Notes under the pieces: model-generated
What the model was told of the DNA's origin: nothing
Databases searched by the model: none
The model's input: the letters and a program-made list of their open reading frames with translations, nothing else
Position numbers and translations under genes: made by a program
Assembly (NCBI GenBank): GCA_005881575.1
Contig: VBCA01000006.1
Location: 15,954-79,953 of the forward strand
From: Betaproteobacteria bacterium
GTDB lineage: Bacteria; Pseudomonadota; Gammaproteobacteria; Burkholderiales; SG8-39
Direction of reading: 5' to 3'
DNA: 64,000 bases
In this document: piece by piece, positions 41,884-51,440 of the stretch
Layout of the letters: each line of letters begins with the position of its first letter
Position numbering within the stretch: position 1 is the stretch's first letter

Positions 41884-44800
41884 ATGAAACTTCAGCACGA
41901 GTGTATCGAAGATGCGCTTGGGGCTCTCGCCGAAGACCGGCCGGCCGCGCCTGCGTTACAGGCACCGGGCCGCAAACCGCTGACCTACGCCGACCTCGCT
42001 GCCCAGATCAACCGCGTTCGAAAATACCTCGGCGGCCTGGACATCGGGCGGGGGGATATCGTCGCAGGAGTTATTCCGTCGCGGCCGGAAATGGCCGTCG
42101 CGTGTGCCACCCTCCCTGCGTCATCGACGTTCGCGCCGCTCAGCCCATCACTCACTCCCGACGACTATGCGCAATTGGTCGTTCGCATGGGCGCGAAGGC
42201 AATTCTGGCACCGAAAGGGGAGGACCATCCGGTTCGCGCGGCAGCGCGGCGGCACGGGGTTGCGGAAATCGACGTTGCGGTGGAGCCCGATGCACCCGCC
42301 GGTCTGTTCACGCTCGATCTCGGCCGGGCCGCGGACTCGCTTCGCAACCCGACGCCAGCGCGTCCGCAGCTCGCCTACATCTTGGTGTCCTCGGGTACGA
42401 CGGGCCGGCCGAAGCTCATTCCTTCACCGCACCACCAAACGCTGCGCTACGCGAACGCGGTGGGCGAGTGGCTCGAATATTCGCCGCGCGACGTGGGCTG
42501 TCATCTCATGCCCATGCATCTTGGGAACGGCTTGCGCAGCGGATGGTTGAATCCGCTTCTAAACGGAGTATCGACCGTCTGCCTTCCTGAAGTCGACGTC
42601 GACGCTTTCTTCGCGGCTCTAGAGCAATACCGGCCGACGTGTTTGAACGCCGGGTTCACCCTGTTGAGCGCGATCCTGCGCCGGGTGCCCGATTACCGAG
42701 GCGCAGTTGCCCAAAGCCGCCTCCGGTTTCTGCGCGCTGGGTTGGGACGACTCGATTCCGACGAGATCGAACGCCTCGAACAGGACTTTAGCGCACCCTT
42801 GCTCGGCGCGCTTTCGTCGACCGAAACCACTTCGATCGCCCATGACCCGCTTCCGCCGCGTCCGCGGAAACGCGGCACGGCGGGGCTCCCCCTGGGGAAC
42901 GAGATTGCGATCATGGACAGCTCCGGCGCGATCGCCGGCGCTCGCGCGGAAGGCGAGATCGTAGTCCGTGGCCCGCTCGTCTTTGGCGGCTATCTCGACG
43001 ATCCACAACTTACGGCAGAGTCGTTCGTGGGCGATTGGTTCCGCACCGGCGACCTGGGACACATCGACGAGGACGGATATATCCATCTTTCTGGGCGTAT
43101 CAAAGAGATCATCAACCGCGGCGGGGAAAAGATCTCTCCGCTCGAGATCGACCTAGCGATTCGGTCTTTGCCGGGCGTGAACGAGGCCGCTGCGTTCGGC
43201 ATCCCTCACCCAACTCTCGGGGAGGAGATCGTCGCCGCAGTAGTTCGACAACCGGATGTGACGCTCCAGGAGGCGCAGGTTATCCAGCACGTCGGCCGGC
43301 GTCTCGAGCTACGGAAGGTGCCGCGACGCATTTACTTCGTCGAGCGTCTGCCACGCACCGACAACGGCAAACTGCGCCGTCATGCACTTCCGCAATTGCT
43401 GGGCTTGACTCAAGACGCCGCCGCTCAAGGCGCTCCCTCGCCGGACGCGAAAGAGATCCGGTGTCTGTCGCCGCTCGAAGGGGCGCTTGCCGGACTTTGG
43501 GCCACGTTGCTCAAGATCGAGCACGTCAACCCAGACGACAACTTCTTTCTCCTTGGCGGGGATTCGTTGCGCGGCGTCCAACTCATCGCGCAGGTCAAGG
43601 CCTTGTTCGGTGTCGAACTCGCTATCCAGTCGCTGTTCGAGGAAGGGGCCACACTTGTCGGCATGGCGCGCTCTATCGAGGCGATTCGCAACGCGGAAAC
43701 TAAAGCGCCTGTCGGCGCCCGTAGCGCGGCGGGGCAAGCTGCCGATGCGACAATTCCTCGACGGCAAAGTCGCGAACCATCGATCCTCTCACACACGCAA
43801 CGACGCGCATGGTTTCTCGCTCGGCTCGATCCAAGCAACCCCGCCTACAACGAGCGCCGCGCACATCGACTGACCGGGACCATCGACGTCGATGCGCTGC
43901 GCGGGAGCTTGCAAGCTGTCCTGCGTCGTCACGAGATCCTGCGAACCACCTACGCCCTGGTCGATGACGAGCCGCGGCAGGTCGTGCGTGAGCACGCGAC
44001 GCTGGATCTCCGGCGCTTCGATCTCTCCTCTATGGCGGCGTCGAAGCAGGACGATGCGTTGGCCGACATCCTGACCGTCGAGGCACAACAGCCCTTCGAC
44101 CTCGAAACCGGTCCGCTCGCGCGCTTCAGTCTTATCCGTCTTGGGGACGACGATCACGTGCTGATGCGAGTGTGGCATCACATCGTCTCCGATGGCTGGT
44201 CGGCGGGGCTATTCGAGCGTGAGCTCTCGATTTTGTACAACGCGTCGGTAGCGGGCCGTGCTGCGGAGTTGCCGGCACTTGCGCTGCAGTACGCAGACTA
44301 TGCGGTATGGCAGCGCCAGTGGCTCGCCGGCGAAGCGCTGGACAAGCAGCTTGGCTACTGGAAGGGGAAGCTCGCCAACCTCTCGACCCTGGAGCTGCCT
44401 ACCGACCGCCCCCGCCCGGCGGTGCAAAGCAACCATGGGGCACGCCTGGAGAGCGTACTCCCGCAGTCACTTGCGGAAGCGGTAAAGGCGCTCGGACACG
44501 TCGCAGGCACCACGCCGTTCATGACGCTACTGGCGGCATTCCAGGTGCTGCTGCATCGCTACAGCGGCGTCGAGGATATTGTGCTGGGCACGCCGATCGC
44601 CGGGCGCAGGCGCGCCGAGCTCGAGGGGCTGATCGGATTTTTCGCCAACACGCTGGTGCTGCGCGTGAGCCTGGCGGACGCGCCGACGTTTCGCGAGCTG
44701 CTCGCGCGAGTGCGCGAAAGCGCCCTCGCCGCCTACACGCAACAGGACGTCCCCTTCGAGAAGCTGGTCGAGGAGCTCGCCCCGAGCCGCGATTTGAGCC

Positions 44801-47793
44801 GCAATCCGCTGTTCCAGGTCTGCTTTGCGCTGCAGAACACGCCCGACGCGGTGCTCGCGCTGGAGGGCCTGCAGGCCAGCCGCCTGGCGCTGCCGACCCG
44901 CCACGCCAAGTTCGATCTCACCTTGACGCTAAGCGAGCGCGCGTCGGGGCTGCAGGCAAGCTGGGAGTACTGCACCGATCTTTTCGAGCGTGCGACGATC
45001 GAGCGCATGGCGGCCCATTTTCAGCGGTTGCTCGAAGCAATCGTGGCCGATCCGGGACAGCGCATCGGGCAGTTCGCGCTACTCGACGCGGCCGATCGCC
45101 ACCGGCTGCTGGTGGAGTGGAACAACACCGCGGCAGATTACCCCAGAGAGGCCTGTCTCCACACGCTGTTCGAGGCCCGTGTAGTCAAGGCGCCGCAGGC
45201 GGTGGCGGTGGCCCACGAGGGCAACACGCTTACCTACGCCGAGCTCAACGCACGCGCCAACCGGCTCGCCCATCGCCTGCGCGCCCACGGAGTCGGGCCG
45301 CAGGCGCTGGTAGGCATTTGCATGGAGCGCAGCCTCGATCTCATAGTGGGCTTGCTCGGGATCCTGAAGGCGGGCGGCGCTTACGTGCCGCTCGATCCTT
45401 ATGTGCCTCGCGAGCGGCTAGCCTGGATGCTTGACGACGCGCACGTCGCGGTGGTCCTCACGCACGCGCATCTACGGCAGCAGCTCCCCGCCGGCCCGAA
45501 CCTGATCTGTCTCGACACCGACTGGTTTGAGATCGCGGCCGAACCCGATTACGAACCGGCATCCGCCACCACCCCCGACAACCCGATCTATGTCATCTAC
45601 ACGTCCGGCTCGACCGGCATGCCCAAGGGGGTTTTGGTCTCGCATCGATCGTTGGTGAACTACACGCAGTGTTTCAACGCCGAGTTGCAGATCGGTCCAC
45701 GCGATCGGGTGCTTCAGTTTGCTTCGGTCGCATTCGATGTTAGCGCGGAAGAAATCTTCGGCGCCTTGACGGCCGGCGCGACGCTCGTGTTACGCGACCA
45801 ACAGATGCCGCGCTCGGGATCGGCGTTTCTTCAGACGTGTGAAAGGTTGGGAATCACCGTGCTGGACCTACCGACCGCCTTCTGGCACGAACTCGTCAAC
45901 GGTTTCACACCGCGCGCGCTTAAGCTGCCACAATCGGTCCGCGCGGTGATCATCGGAGGAGAAAGAGCGCTGCCCGAACTCACCCGTCGATGGCTGCGTG
46001 AAGTCGGTCCGACTGTGCGCACGGTCAACATGTACGGACCGACCGAGGCAACCATTGCAGCGACCTGCCACGACTTGACCAACGCCACCGGCGACTGGAC
46101 AGAGGTGCCGATCGGTCGACCGATGGCGAATGTCCAGATCTACATTCTAGACGCGTACCTGCAGCCGGTGCCGGTGGGCGTACCCGGTGAGTTGCACGTC
46201 GGTGGCGTGGGGGTAGCCAAGGGCTATCTGAATCGACCCGACCTGACCGCCCAGAAATTTATTCCGCACCCATTCAGCGAGGACCCGCAGGCGCGCCTCT
46301 ACAAGACCGGCGACTGGGCACGCTACCTGCCCGACGGCAATATCCAGTTCCTGGGACGGGTGGACGCGCAGGTGAAGCTGCGCGGGTTCCGCATCGAGCC
46401 GGCAGAAATCACCTCCGCGCTGGATACCTACCCGGCTGTGCGGGCGTCCCATGTCATAGCGTGGCGGCAGGCTTCGGGCGATGTCGCCCTCGGTGCTTAC
46501 GTCGTTCCGCGGCACGCCGATCGGGATCCGCCGACCGCCGCAGAGCTACGGCGCTTCCTTTCCTCGCGCCTGCCGACCTACATGGTTCCGGTTTGGTTCG
46601 TCGTGTTGGAATCGATTCCGCTGACGTCGAATGGCAAGGTGGATTTGCATGCCCTGCCTGATCCTTCTGTCCATAGCGTGCGCGAATCCGGCGAGTATGT
46701 CGCGCCCAGGGACGAGACCGAGCGGGTCATATGTCGCCTGTGGGCCGAGGTACTCGGCATCGAGCGCGTTGGGCTCGATGACAATTTCTTCGAGATCGGC
46801 GGACACTCGCTGCTTGCGGCCCGGCTATTTGCCCGACTCGACAAGGAGTTCGGCCGGTCGCTTCCGCTCGGAGTACTGTTCGCCGCACCGACCGTCCGCG
46901 TCCTCGCCGAGAGCTACCGCGTTTCTTCAGCACCGCAAGGTTATTCCACGCTCGTCGCGCTCACGACGAGCGGCTCGCTGCCGGCCATCTACGCCGTGCC
47001 GGGGATGTTTGGAAACGTAATAGGCTTCGCTGAGCTCTCGCGCGAACTCGGGCTCGCACAACCATTCTATGGGTTGCAATCGCTAGGACTCGACGGAATG
47101 GCAACGCCGCTCGATTCGATCGACGTGATGGCAAGACGCTATGCAAGCGAGATCCAGACGATTCAGCCGCACGGACCTTATATTCTCTTCGGCGCGTGCT
47201 TCGGTGCGACCGTCGCCTACGAGATGGCTCGTCAGCTCCTCGCAGCGGGGGAAGAAGTGGCGTTCCTCGGGCTGCTGGATCCAGCGCGCCGCATTACGAG
47301 CGGGGCGAGTAAGGATCCGACTTCTACACCGCGGCTTTTGAAGCGCGCGCTGGCGCTCGGTAACTCCGTGAAGGACCGGCTGACGCTCTATCTCGAAGAG
47401 ATGCGCGGCCGCGGCTACGGCGATCGTGTCACATACATCGCGCGCAAGCTTCGTGCGCTCGGCCGCTTGCTCGGGAAAGGCGACGCCTTCAAGGACGTCC
47501 AACGCGAGATCAATCAGCTCGAAGTCTATCGGGCGAACCTCCTTGCCCTAGATCGCTATCGGCGTAAGCCGCTGAGCGGCCGCCTGCGAGCGGTTGAAAT
47601 CTTTGAAACGACCCGCCGGGGCCGCCGCCGCGAGGGCGGGTCCTCCGAATGGAGTGCGCTCTGGGAAGGCAAGGTGATTCGCCATCGCGTGCTGGGCAGA
47701 GACTCCGGGGACATGCTGACCGGTGCGAACGCACGCGTTCTCGCTGCGCTCGTTGCGGAGCGATTGCGGGTTGCCCGCGAGGGAAGCACATAG
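41884..47793 (+). CDS. Non-ribosomal peptide synthetase, A(acyl-CoA ligase-like)-T-C-A-T-TE
   Basis: A1: SSGTTGRPK, WFRTGDLG, INRGGEKI, LPRTDNGK. T1: GGDSL (Ser 43564). C: HHIVSDG (44176). A2: YTSGSTGMPKG, YGPTE, LYKTGD, PLTSNGK. T2: GGHSL (Ser 46807). TE: GACFG. Confidence 0.93.
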   Translation: MKLQHECIEDALGALAEDRPAAPALQAPGRKPLTYADLAAQINRVRKYLGGLDIGRGDIVAGVIPSRPEMAVACATLPASSTFAPLSPSLTPDDYAQLVVRMGAKAILAPKGEDHPVRAAARRHGVAEIDVAVEPDAPAGLFTLDLGRAADSLRNPTPARPQLAYILVSSGTTGRPKLIPSPHHQTLRYANAVGEWLEYSPRDVGCHLMPMHLGNGLRSGWLNPLLNGVSTVCLPEVDVDAFFAALEQYRPTCLNAGFTLLSAILRRVPDYRGAVAQSRLRFLRAGLGRLDSDEIERLEQDFSAPLLGALSSTETTSIAHDPLPPRPRKRGTAGLPLGNEIAIMDSSGAIAGARAEGEIVVRGPLVFGGYLDDPQLTAESFVGDWFRTGDLGHIDEDGYIHLSGRIKEIINRGGEKISPLEIDLAIRSLPGVNEAAAFGIPHPTLGEEIVAAVVRQPDVTLQEAQVIQHVGRRLELRKVPRRIYFVERLPRTDNGKLRRHALPQLLGLTQDAAAQGAPSPDAKEIRCLSPLEGALAGLWATLLKIEHVNPDDNFFLLGGDSLRGVQLIAQVKALFGVELAIQSLFEEGATLVGMARSIEAIRNAETKAPVGARSAAGQAADATIPRRQSREPSILSHTQRRAWFLARLDPSNPAYNERRAHRLTGTIDVDALRGSLQAVLRRHEILRTTYALVDDEPRQVVREHATLDLRRFDLSSMAASKQDDALADILTVEAQQPFDLETGPLARFSLIRLGDDDHVLMRVWHHIVSDGWSAGLFERELSILYNASVAGRAAELPALALQYADYAVWQRQWLAGEALDKQLGYWKGKLANLSTLELPTDRPRPAVQSNHGARLESVLPQSLAEAVKALGHVAGTTPFMTLLAAFQVLLHRYSGVEDIVLGTPIAGRRRAELEGLIGFFANTLVLRVSLADAPTFRELLARVRESALAAYTQQDVPFEKLVEELAPSRDLSRNPLFQVCFALQNTPDAVLALEGLQASRLALPTRHAKFDLTLTLSERASGLQASWEYCTDLFERATIERMAAHFQRLLEAIVADPGQRIGQFALLDAADRHRLLVEWNNTAADYPREACLHTLFEARVVKAPQAVAVAHEGNTLTYAELNARANRLAHRLRAHGVGPQALVGICMERSLDLIVGLLGILKAGGAYVPLDPYVPRERLAWMLDDAHVAVVLTHAHLRQQLPAGPNLICLDTDWFEIAAEPDYEPASATTPDNPIYVIYTSGSTGMPKGVLVSHRSLVNYTQCFNAELQIGPRDRVLQFASVAFDVSAEEIFGALTAGATLVLRDQQMPRSGSAFLQTCERLGITVLDLPTAFWHELVNGFTPRALKLPQSVRAVIIGGERALPELTRRWLREVGPTVRTVNMYGPTEATIAATCHDLTNATGDWTEVPIGRPMANVQIYILDAYLQPVPVGVPGELHVGGVGVAKGYLNRPDLTAQKFIPHPFSEDPQARLYKTGDWARYLPDGNIQFLGRVDAQVKLRGFRIEPAEITSALDTYPAVRASHVIAWRQASGDVALGAYVVPRHADRDPPTAAELRRFLSSRLPTYMVPVWFVVLESIPLTSNGKVDLHALPDPSVHSVRESGEYVAPRDETERVICRLWAEVLGIERVGLDDNFFEIGGHSLLAARLFARLDKEFGRSLPLGVLFAAPTVRVLAESYRVSSAPQGYSTLVALTTSGSLPAIYAVPGMFGNVIGFAELSRELGLAQPFYGLQSLGLDGMATPLDSIDVMARRYASEIQTIQPHGPYILFGACFGATVAYEMARQLLAAGEEVAFLGLLDPARRITSGASKDPTSTPRLLKRALALGNSVKDRLTLYLEEMRGRGYGDRVTYIARKLRALGRLLGKGDAFKDVQREINQLEVYRANLLALDRYRRKPLSGRLRAVEIFETTRRGRRREGGSSEWSALWEGKVIRHRVLGRDSGDMLTGANARVLAALVAERLRVAREGST

Positions 47794-47872
47794 GGCCGGA
47801 TCGCACCTATGCCGAGCGCCGGTGTCGATATGACTTGGCTACGCCGAGTTACCGTTCCTGACCGAAAATCGG

Positions 47873-48649
47873 TCAGTCTAGTCTCCGCGCAGCCTCGAAC
47901 GTCGGCTCGAGTTCAATCAGAAGCGGGCGTAGCGCTTCCGTCACCGAGCCGATGGCAACCGAGACCACATGATCGGGCGTGGGCTGGAACGTCCGCACCT
48001 GCCAGCCGGTTCTGGAGCGGGGTTCGACGGTTGGATCGTTCACGAACGCAAGCTCGTCCGCGTCTCCGATCAGCACGCAGCGCGGGTCTATCTTTAGCCC
48101 CAAGCCCAACGCCTTCAACACCGCTTCTTTGCGGGTCCACAGTCGGTGAAACGCCGCGGTAGCCTCGTTCCCGGCCAGGGTGCCCATGCGCGCCAGCTCG
48201 GACGGGGAAAGGATGGCGCTGAGCAGCGGATCGTCCACCGCGCGGGTCGATAGTCGCTCCGCATCAACACCGCAGGCCACACGTCGCGTGAGCGACACGG
48301 CAAATAGGTCCAAAGTGTGGGTGAGGTTGAACCGAATCGGTGGTGCCCCTGTGGACCAAGCGAGCTCCGGACGCCCACCGCTGCCAGTTTCGAAGGCGAG
48401 CTCGTGGGCTGCCGTGCCTATATAGGTCGCAAGCGTCAACCTGAGCGCTGCGTGCGAGGCGAGGAACATGGTGCGGTCCTCAAGCCGCCTGAAGCGTCGA
48501 GCCGTCTCTCGCTCGCTTGCATCCAACAGTGTTCCGTCGTGGACCCATGGAGGCATGCACTGCGGGGATAGGCGCCCGATCCAGACGTGAACACAGGCAT
48601 CTGAAGCATCCAGAGACTGGACGAGGCCAGGGGGTACGCGGATCCGCAT
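47873..48649 (-). CDS. Sfp-type 4'-phosphopantetheinyl transferase
   Basis: GRPEL, FNLTHT, CGVDAE, FHRLWTRKEAVLKALGLGL. Confidence 0.9.
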   Translation of the reverse strand: MRIRVPPGLVQSLDASDACVHVWIGRLSPQCMPPWVHDGTLLDASERETARRFRRLEDRTMFLASHAALRLTLATYIGTAAHELAFETGSGGRPELAWSTGAPPIRFNLTHTLDLFAVSLTRRVACGVDAERLSTRAVDDPLLSAILSPSELARMGTLAGNEATAAFHRLWTRKEAVLKALGLGLKIDPRCVLIGDADELAFVNDPTVEPRSRTGWQVRTFQPTPDHVVSVAIGSVTEALRPLLIELEPTFEAARRLD

Positions 48650-48966
48650 ATTGGCGTGTTGTCGACGTCCTCCGGGACTAGGCGAGGGGAAGTCGCGACG
48701 ACGCTCGCGTTTCGTTGTCGTGAACTGCTACGATCCCACGCGCGTCGGGATGCATCTCGGCGACTCCAATCGCGCCGAGCATGACGCAGGCTGCATACCG
48801 CCGCTCCTGCTCGCCATGGCAAATCTGTCGATCGTGGCCCCTACCGACCGCAATGACCGCGACGACCAGCCGCGGGGGGATACTCTCAGCAATTACGGGT
48901 AACGTTGCGGGTATCACCGGGACGGAGCTGGGACAAGTATAGTGTAAGCAATCCGCTAGATCACTT

Positions 48967-49845
48967 ATGCGACTCAAATTCACCAAGATGCATGGCGTCG
49001 GCAACGATTTCGTCGTGATCGACGGTGTCAGCCGGGACATCAAGATGACGCCACAGTTCGCGAAACGGCTCGCGGACAGGCATTTCGGCGTCGGCTGCGA
49101 TCAGGTGCTGGTCGTGGAAAAACCTCAACGCAAGCACGTCGACTTCCGCTACCGCATCTGGAACGCCGACGGAGGCGAAGTCGAGCAGTGCGGCAATGGC
49201 GCGAGGTGCTTCGTCCGCTTCGTTCACGAAAAGGGACTGACGACCAAGAAGAAGATATGCGTCGAGACCCTCTCCAGCGTGATCGCTCTGCGCCTGGAGA
49301 CCGACGGGCAGGTGAGCGTCGATATGGGCGCGCCAATATTCGAACCCGAACGCGTGCCCTTCGATGACTCTGGAATTGTACCGATCGGAAAAATTCCCCC
49401 CGATTCCCCCTTGAGGTGGCCGCTGGAAGTAGCCGGCCGCACGGTGCAAGTCGCGGTGCTTTCCATGGGCAATCCGCACGCCGTGCAGACAGTCGCCGAC
49501 GTGGATTCGGCGCCGGTTACTACCGAAGGGCCGCTGATCGAGCGTCATCCCCGATTTCCGCGACGTGCGAACGCGGGCTACATGCAAGTGGTCGCGCGCA
49601 CTCACATCCGGCTGCGCGTATGGGAGCGCGGCGCGGGAGAGACGCTCGCCTGCGGCACCGGCGCCTGCGCTGCAGTCGTCACCGGCATCCGCGAGGGGCT
49701 GCTCGACGAATCGGTCGAGGTCGACACGCGCGGCGGCCGATTGACGATACGCTGGGCGGGCGGGGAAAATGATCCAAACCGCACGGTGTGGATGACCGGT
49801 CCGGCCGTCGCCGTGTTCGAAGGGGAGATCGAAATTGAGAGCTGA
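48967..49845 (+). CDS. dapF: Diaminopimelate epimerase
   Basis: [42 protein letters not shown]. Confidence 0.97.
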   Translation: MRLKFTKMHGVGNDFVVIDGVSRDIKMTPQFAKRLADRHFGVGCDQVLVVEKPQRKHVDFRYRIWNADGGEVEQCGNGARCFVRFVHEKGLTTKKKICVETLSSVIALRLETDGQVSVDMGAPIFEPERVPFDDSGIVPIGKIPPDSPLRWPLEVAGRTVQVAVLSMGNPHAVQTVADVDSAPVTTEGPLIERHPRFPRRANAGYMQVVARTHIRLRVWERGAGETLACGTGACAAVVTGIREGLLDESVEVDTRGGRLTIRWAGGENDPNRTVWMTGPAVAVFEGEIEIES

Positions 49846-50494
49846 CGATGTCGCGCGCTACCTGAGGGAGAACCCCGACTTCTTCGAAAGCTACGCCGAC
49901 ATGCTCGCCGAGATCACCGTTCCGCATCCGCACGGCGGGCGCGCCATTCCGCTCTCGGACCGCCAGATGCTCGGCCTGCGCGAGAAAAGCAGAGCGCTCG
50001 AATCGCGCCTCACGGAGCTCCTGCAGATCGGCGAGGAGAACGACGCGATCGGCGAGAAGATGCACCGCCTGAGCCTTGCCCTGCTCTCCGCGCCCGACCT
50101 GCAAAGCCTCCTGACCGTGCTCTATCTGCACTTGCGCGAGGACTTCGCCGTCCCCCACTCCGCGCTGCGGATCTGGGGCGCGGAAGGCGGGGCCTTCCGG
50201 GGAGCGGCGGATGCCGCGGAGTTGCGCCCCGTGGGCGAACAACTGAAGCGTTACGCGGCGTCCTTGTCGCAGCCCTTCTGTGGCCCGAGCGGGGACGCGG
50301 AGGCCGCAGCCTGGTTCGGCGAGGGGGCCTCGCACGTTCGCTCGGTGGCCCACATGGCCCTGCGCGACAAGGAATGCTTCGGGATGCTTGCCCTGGGCAG
50401 CGAGGACGTTCTGCGTTTCTACCCGGAGATGGGCACGCTGTATCTGAAGCGCATGGGCGAGCTCACGGGCGCGGCCCTGCTGAGATTTCTCTAG
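49835..50494 (+). CDS. DUF484 (YigA) family protein
   Basis: [36 protein letters not shown]. Lies between dapF and xerC. Confidence 0.9.
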   Translation: MRADDVARYLRENPDFFESYADMLAEITVPHPHGGRAIPLSDRQMLGLREKSRALESRLTELLQIGEENDAIGEKMHRLSLALLSAPDLQSLLTVLYLHLREDFAVPHSALRIWGAEGGAFRGAADAAELRPVGEQLKRYAASLSQPFCGPSGDAEAAAWFGEGASHVRSVAHMALRDKECFGMLALGSEDVLRFYPEMGTLYLKRMGELTGAALLRFL

Positions 50495-50509
50495 CCGCGG
50501 CCGGCGGGA

Positions 50510-51433
50510 ATGGCTCACGACTCCCGCCTCAGGCTGCTCGAAGAGTTTCTCGATCAGCTCGCGCACCAGCGGCGGCTGAGCCCCGGAACTGCGCGCAATT
50601 ACCGCCGCGCGCTTGAGCAGCTGTTCGCCTCGAATGACGGCGTGCCCCTGAAGAGCCTCGAGGCGCAGCACCTACGTCGCACCGTGTCGCAGTTGCACGC
50701 GCGCGGCATGTCGGGCCGGACCATTGCGTACCTCCTCTCGGGCTGGCGGGGGTTTTTCAATTGGCTCGTCAAGCACCGCGGGTTTCCCCACAACCCCTGT
50801 GTCGGCTTGCGCGCGCCGAAAAGCCCGAAGGCGCTGCCCAAGGCGCTTTCCCCGGACCTTATGTCGCGCCTGTTGGACACCCCGGCGGCGGGGCCGGCGC
50901 AATCGCGGGACAAGGCCATGTTCGAGCTGCTCTACTCTTCCGGACTGCGGCTTGCCGAGCTGGTAAGCCTCGATACGGCGGACGGCGAAAGCCTGCAGCG
51001 GCAAGCGGAGGTCACGGTGACGGGCAAGGGTGCGAAGACACGCACCGTGCCGGTCGGCGGCAAAGCGTGCGCCGCAATCGCGGTTTGGCTCAGCGAGCGC
51101 GCGAGGCTCGCAAGGCCGGGGGAAACGGCGCTTTTCGTCGGCGCGCGCGGCCGGCGCATGGCGCCCAGCTCGGTGCGCTACGCTCTTGCGCACTGGGCGC
51201 GGCGTCTCGGCCTGCCGCAGCACGTCCACCCGCACATGCTGCGCCACTCTTTTGCAACGCACCTGCTCCAATCTTCCGGAGACCTGCGCGCAGTGCAGGA
51301 AATGCTCGGCCATTCGAGCATCTCGACCACGCAGGTCTACACTCATCTTGACTTCCAGCATCTCGCCAAAGCCTATGATGCGGCTCACCCGCGAGCGAAA
51401 AGGAAAGCGCAGATGCCGGTAAAAAAGCCGTGA
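50510..51433 (+). CDS. xerC: Tyrosine recombinase XerC
   Basis: YSSGLRLAEL, GKGAKTR, HPHMLRHSFATH, GHSSISTTQVYTHLDFQHL. dapF-yigA-xerC context. Confidence 0.93.
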   Translation: MAHDSRLRLLEEFLDQLAHQRRLSPGTARNYRRALEQLFASNDGVPLKSLEAQHLRRTVSQLHARGMSGRTIAYLLSGWRGFFNWLVKHRGFPHNPCVGLRAPKSPKALPKALSPDLMSRLLDTPAAGPAQSRDKAMFELLYSSGLRLAELVSLDTADGESLQRQAEVTVTGKGAKTRTVPVGGKACAAIAVWLSERARLARPGETALFVGARGRRMAPSSVRYALAHWARRLGLPQHVHPHMLRHSFATHLLQSSGDLRAVQEMLGHSSISTTQVYTHLDFQHLAKAYDAAHPRAKRKAQMPVKKP

Positions 51434-51440
51434 GCGGAAC

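Noticed and set aside
48651-48902. 83-aa ORF as a real gene or RiPP precursor
   Set aside because: TTG start abuts the PPTase start with no SD, no recognisable motif and no RiPP enzymes.
40135-48966. NRPS block as an active mobile element
   Set aside because: No transposase, integrase, tRNA or flanking direct repeats found by eye beyond a shared TATAGT hexamer.
50510-51433. Tyrosine recombinase as an island integrase
   Set aside because: Sequence and dapF-yigA context identify it as housekeeping XerC.
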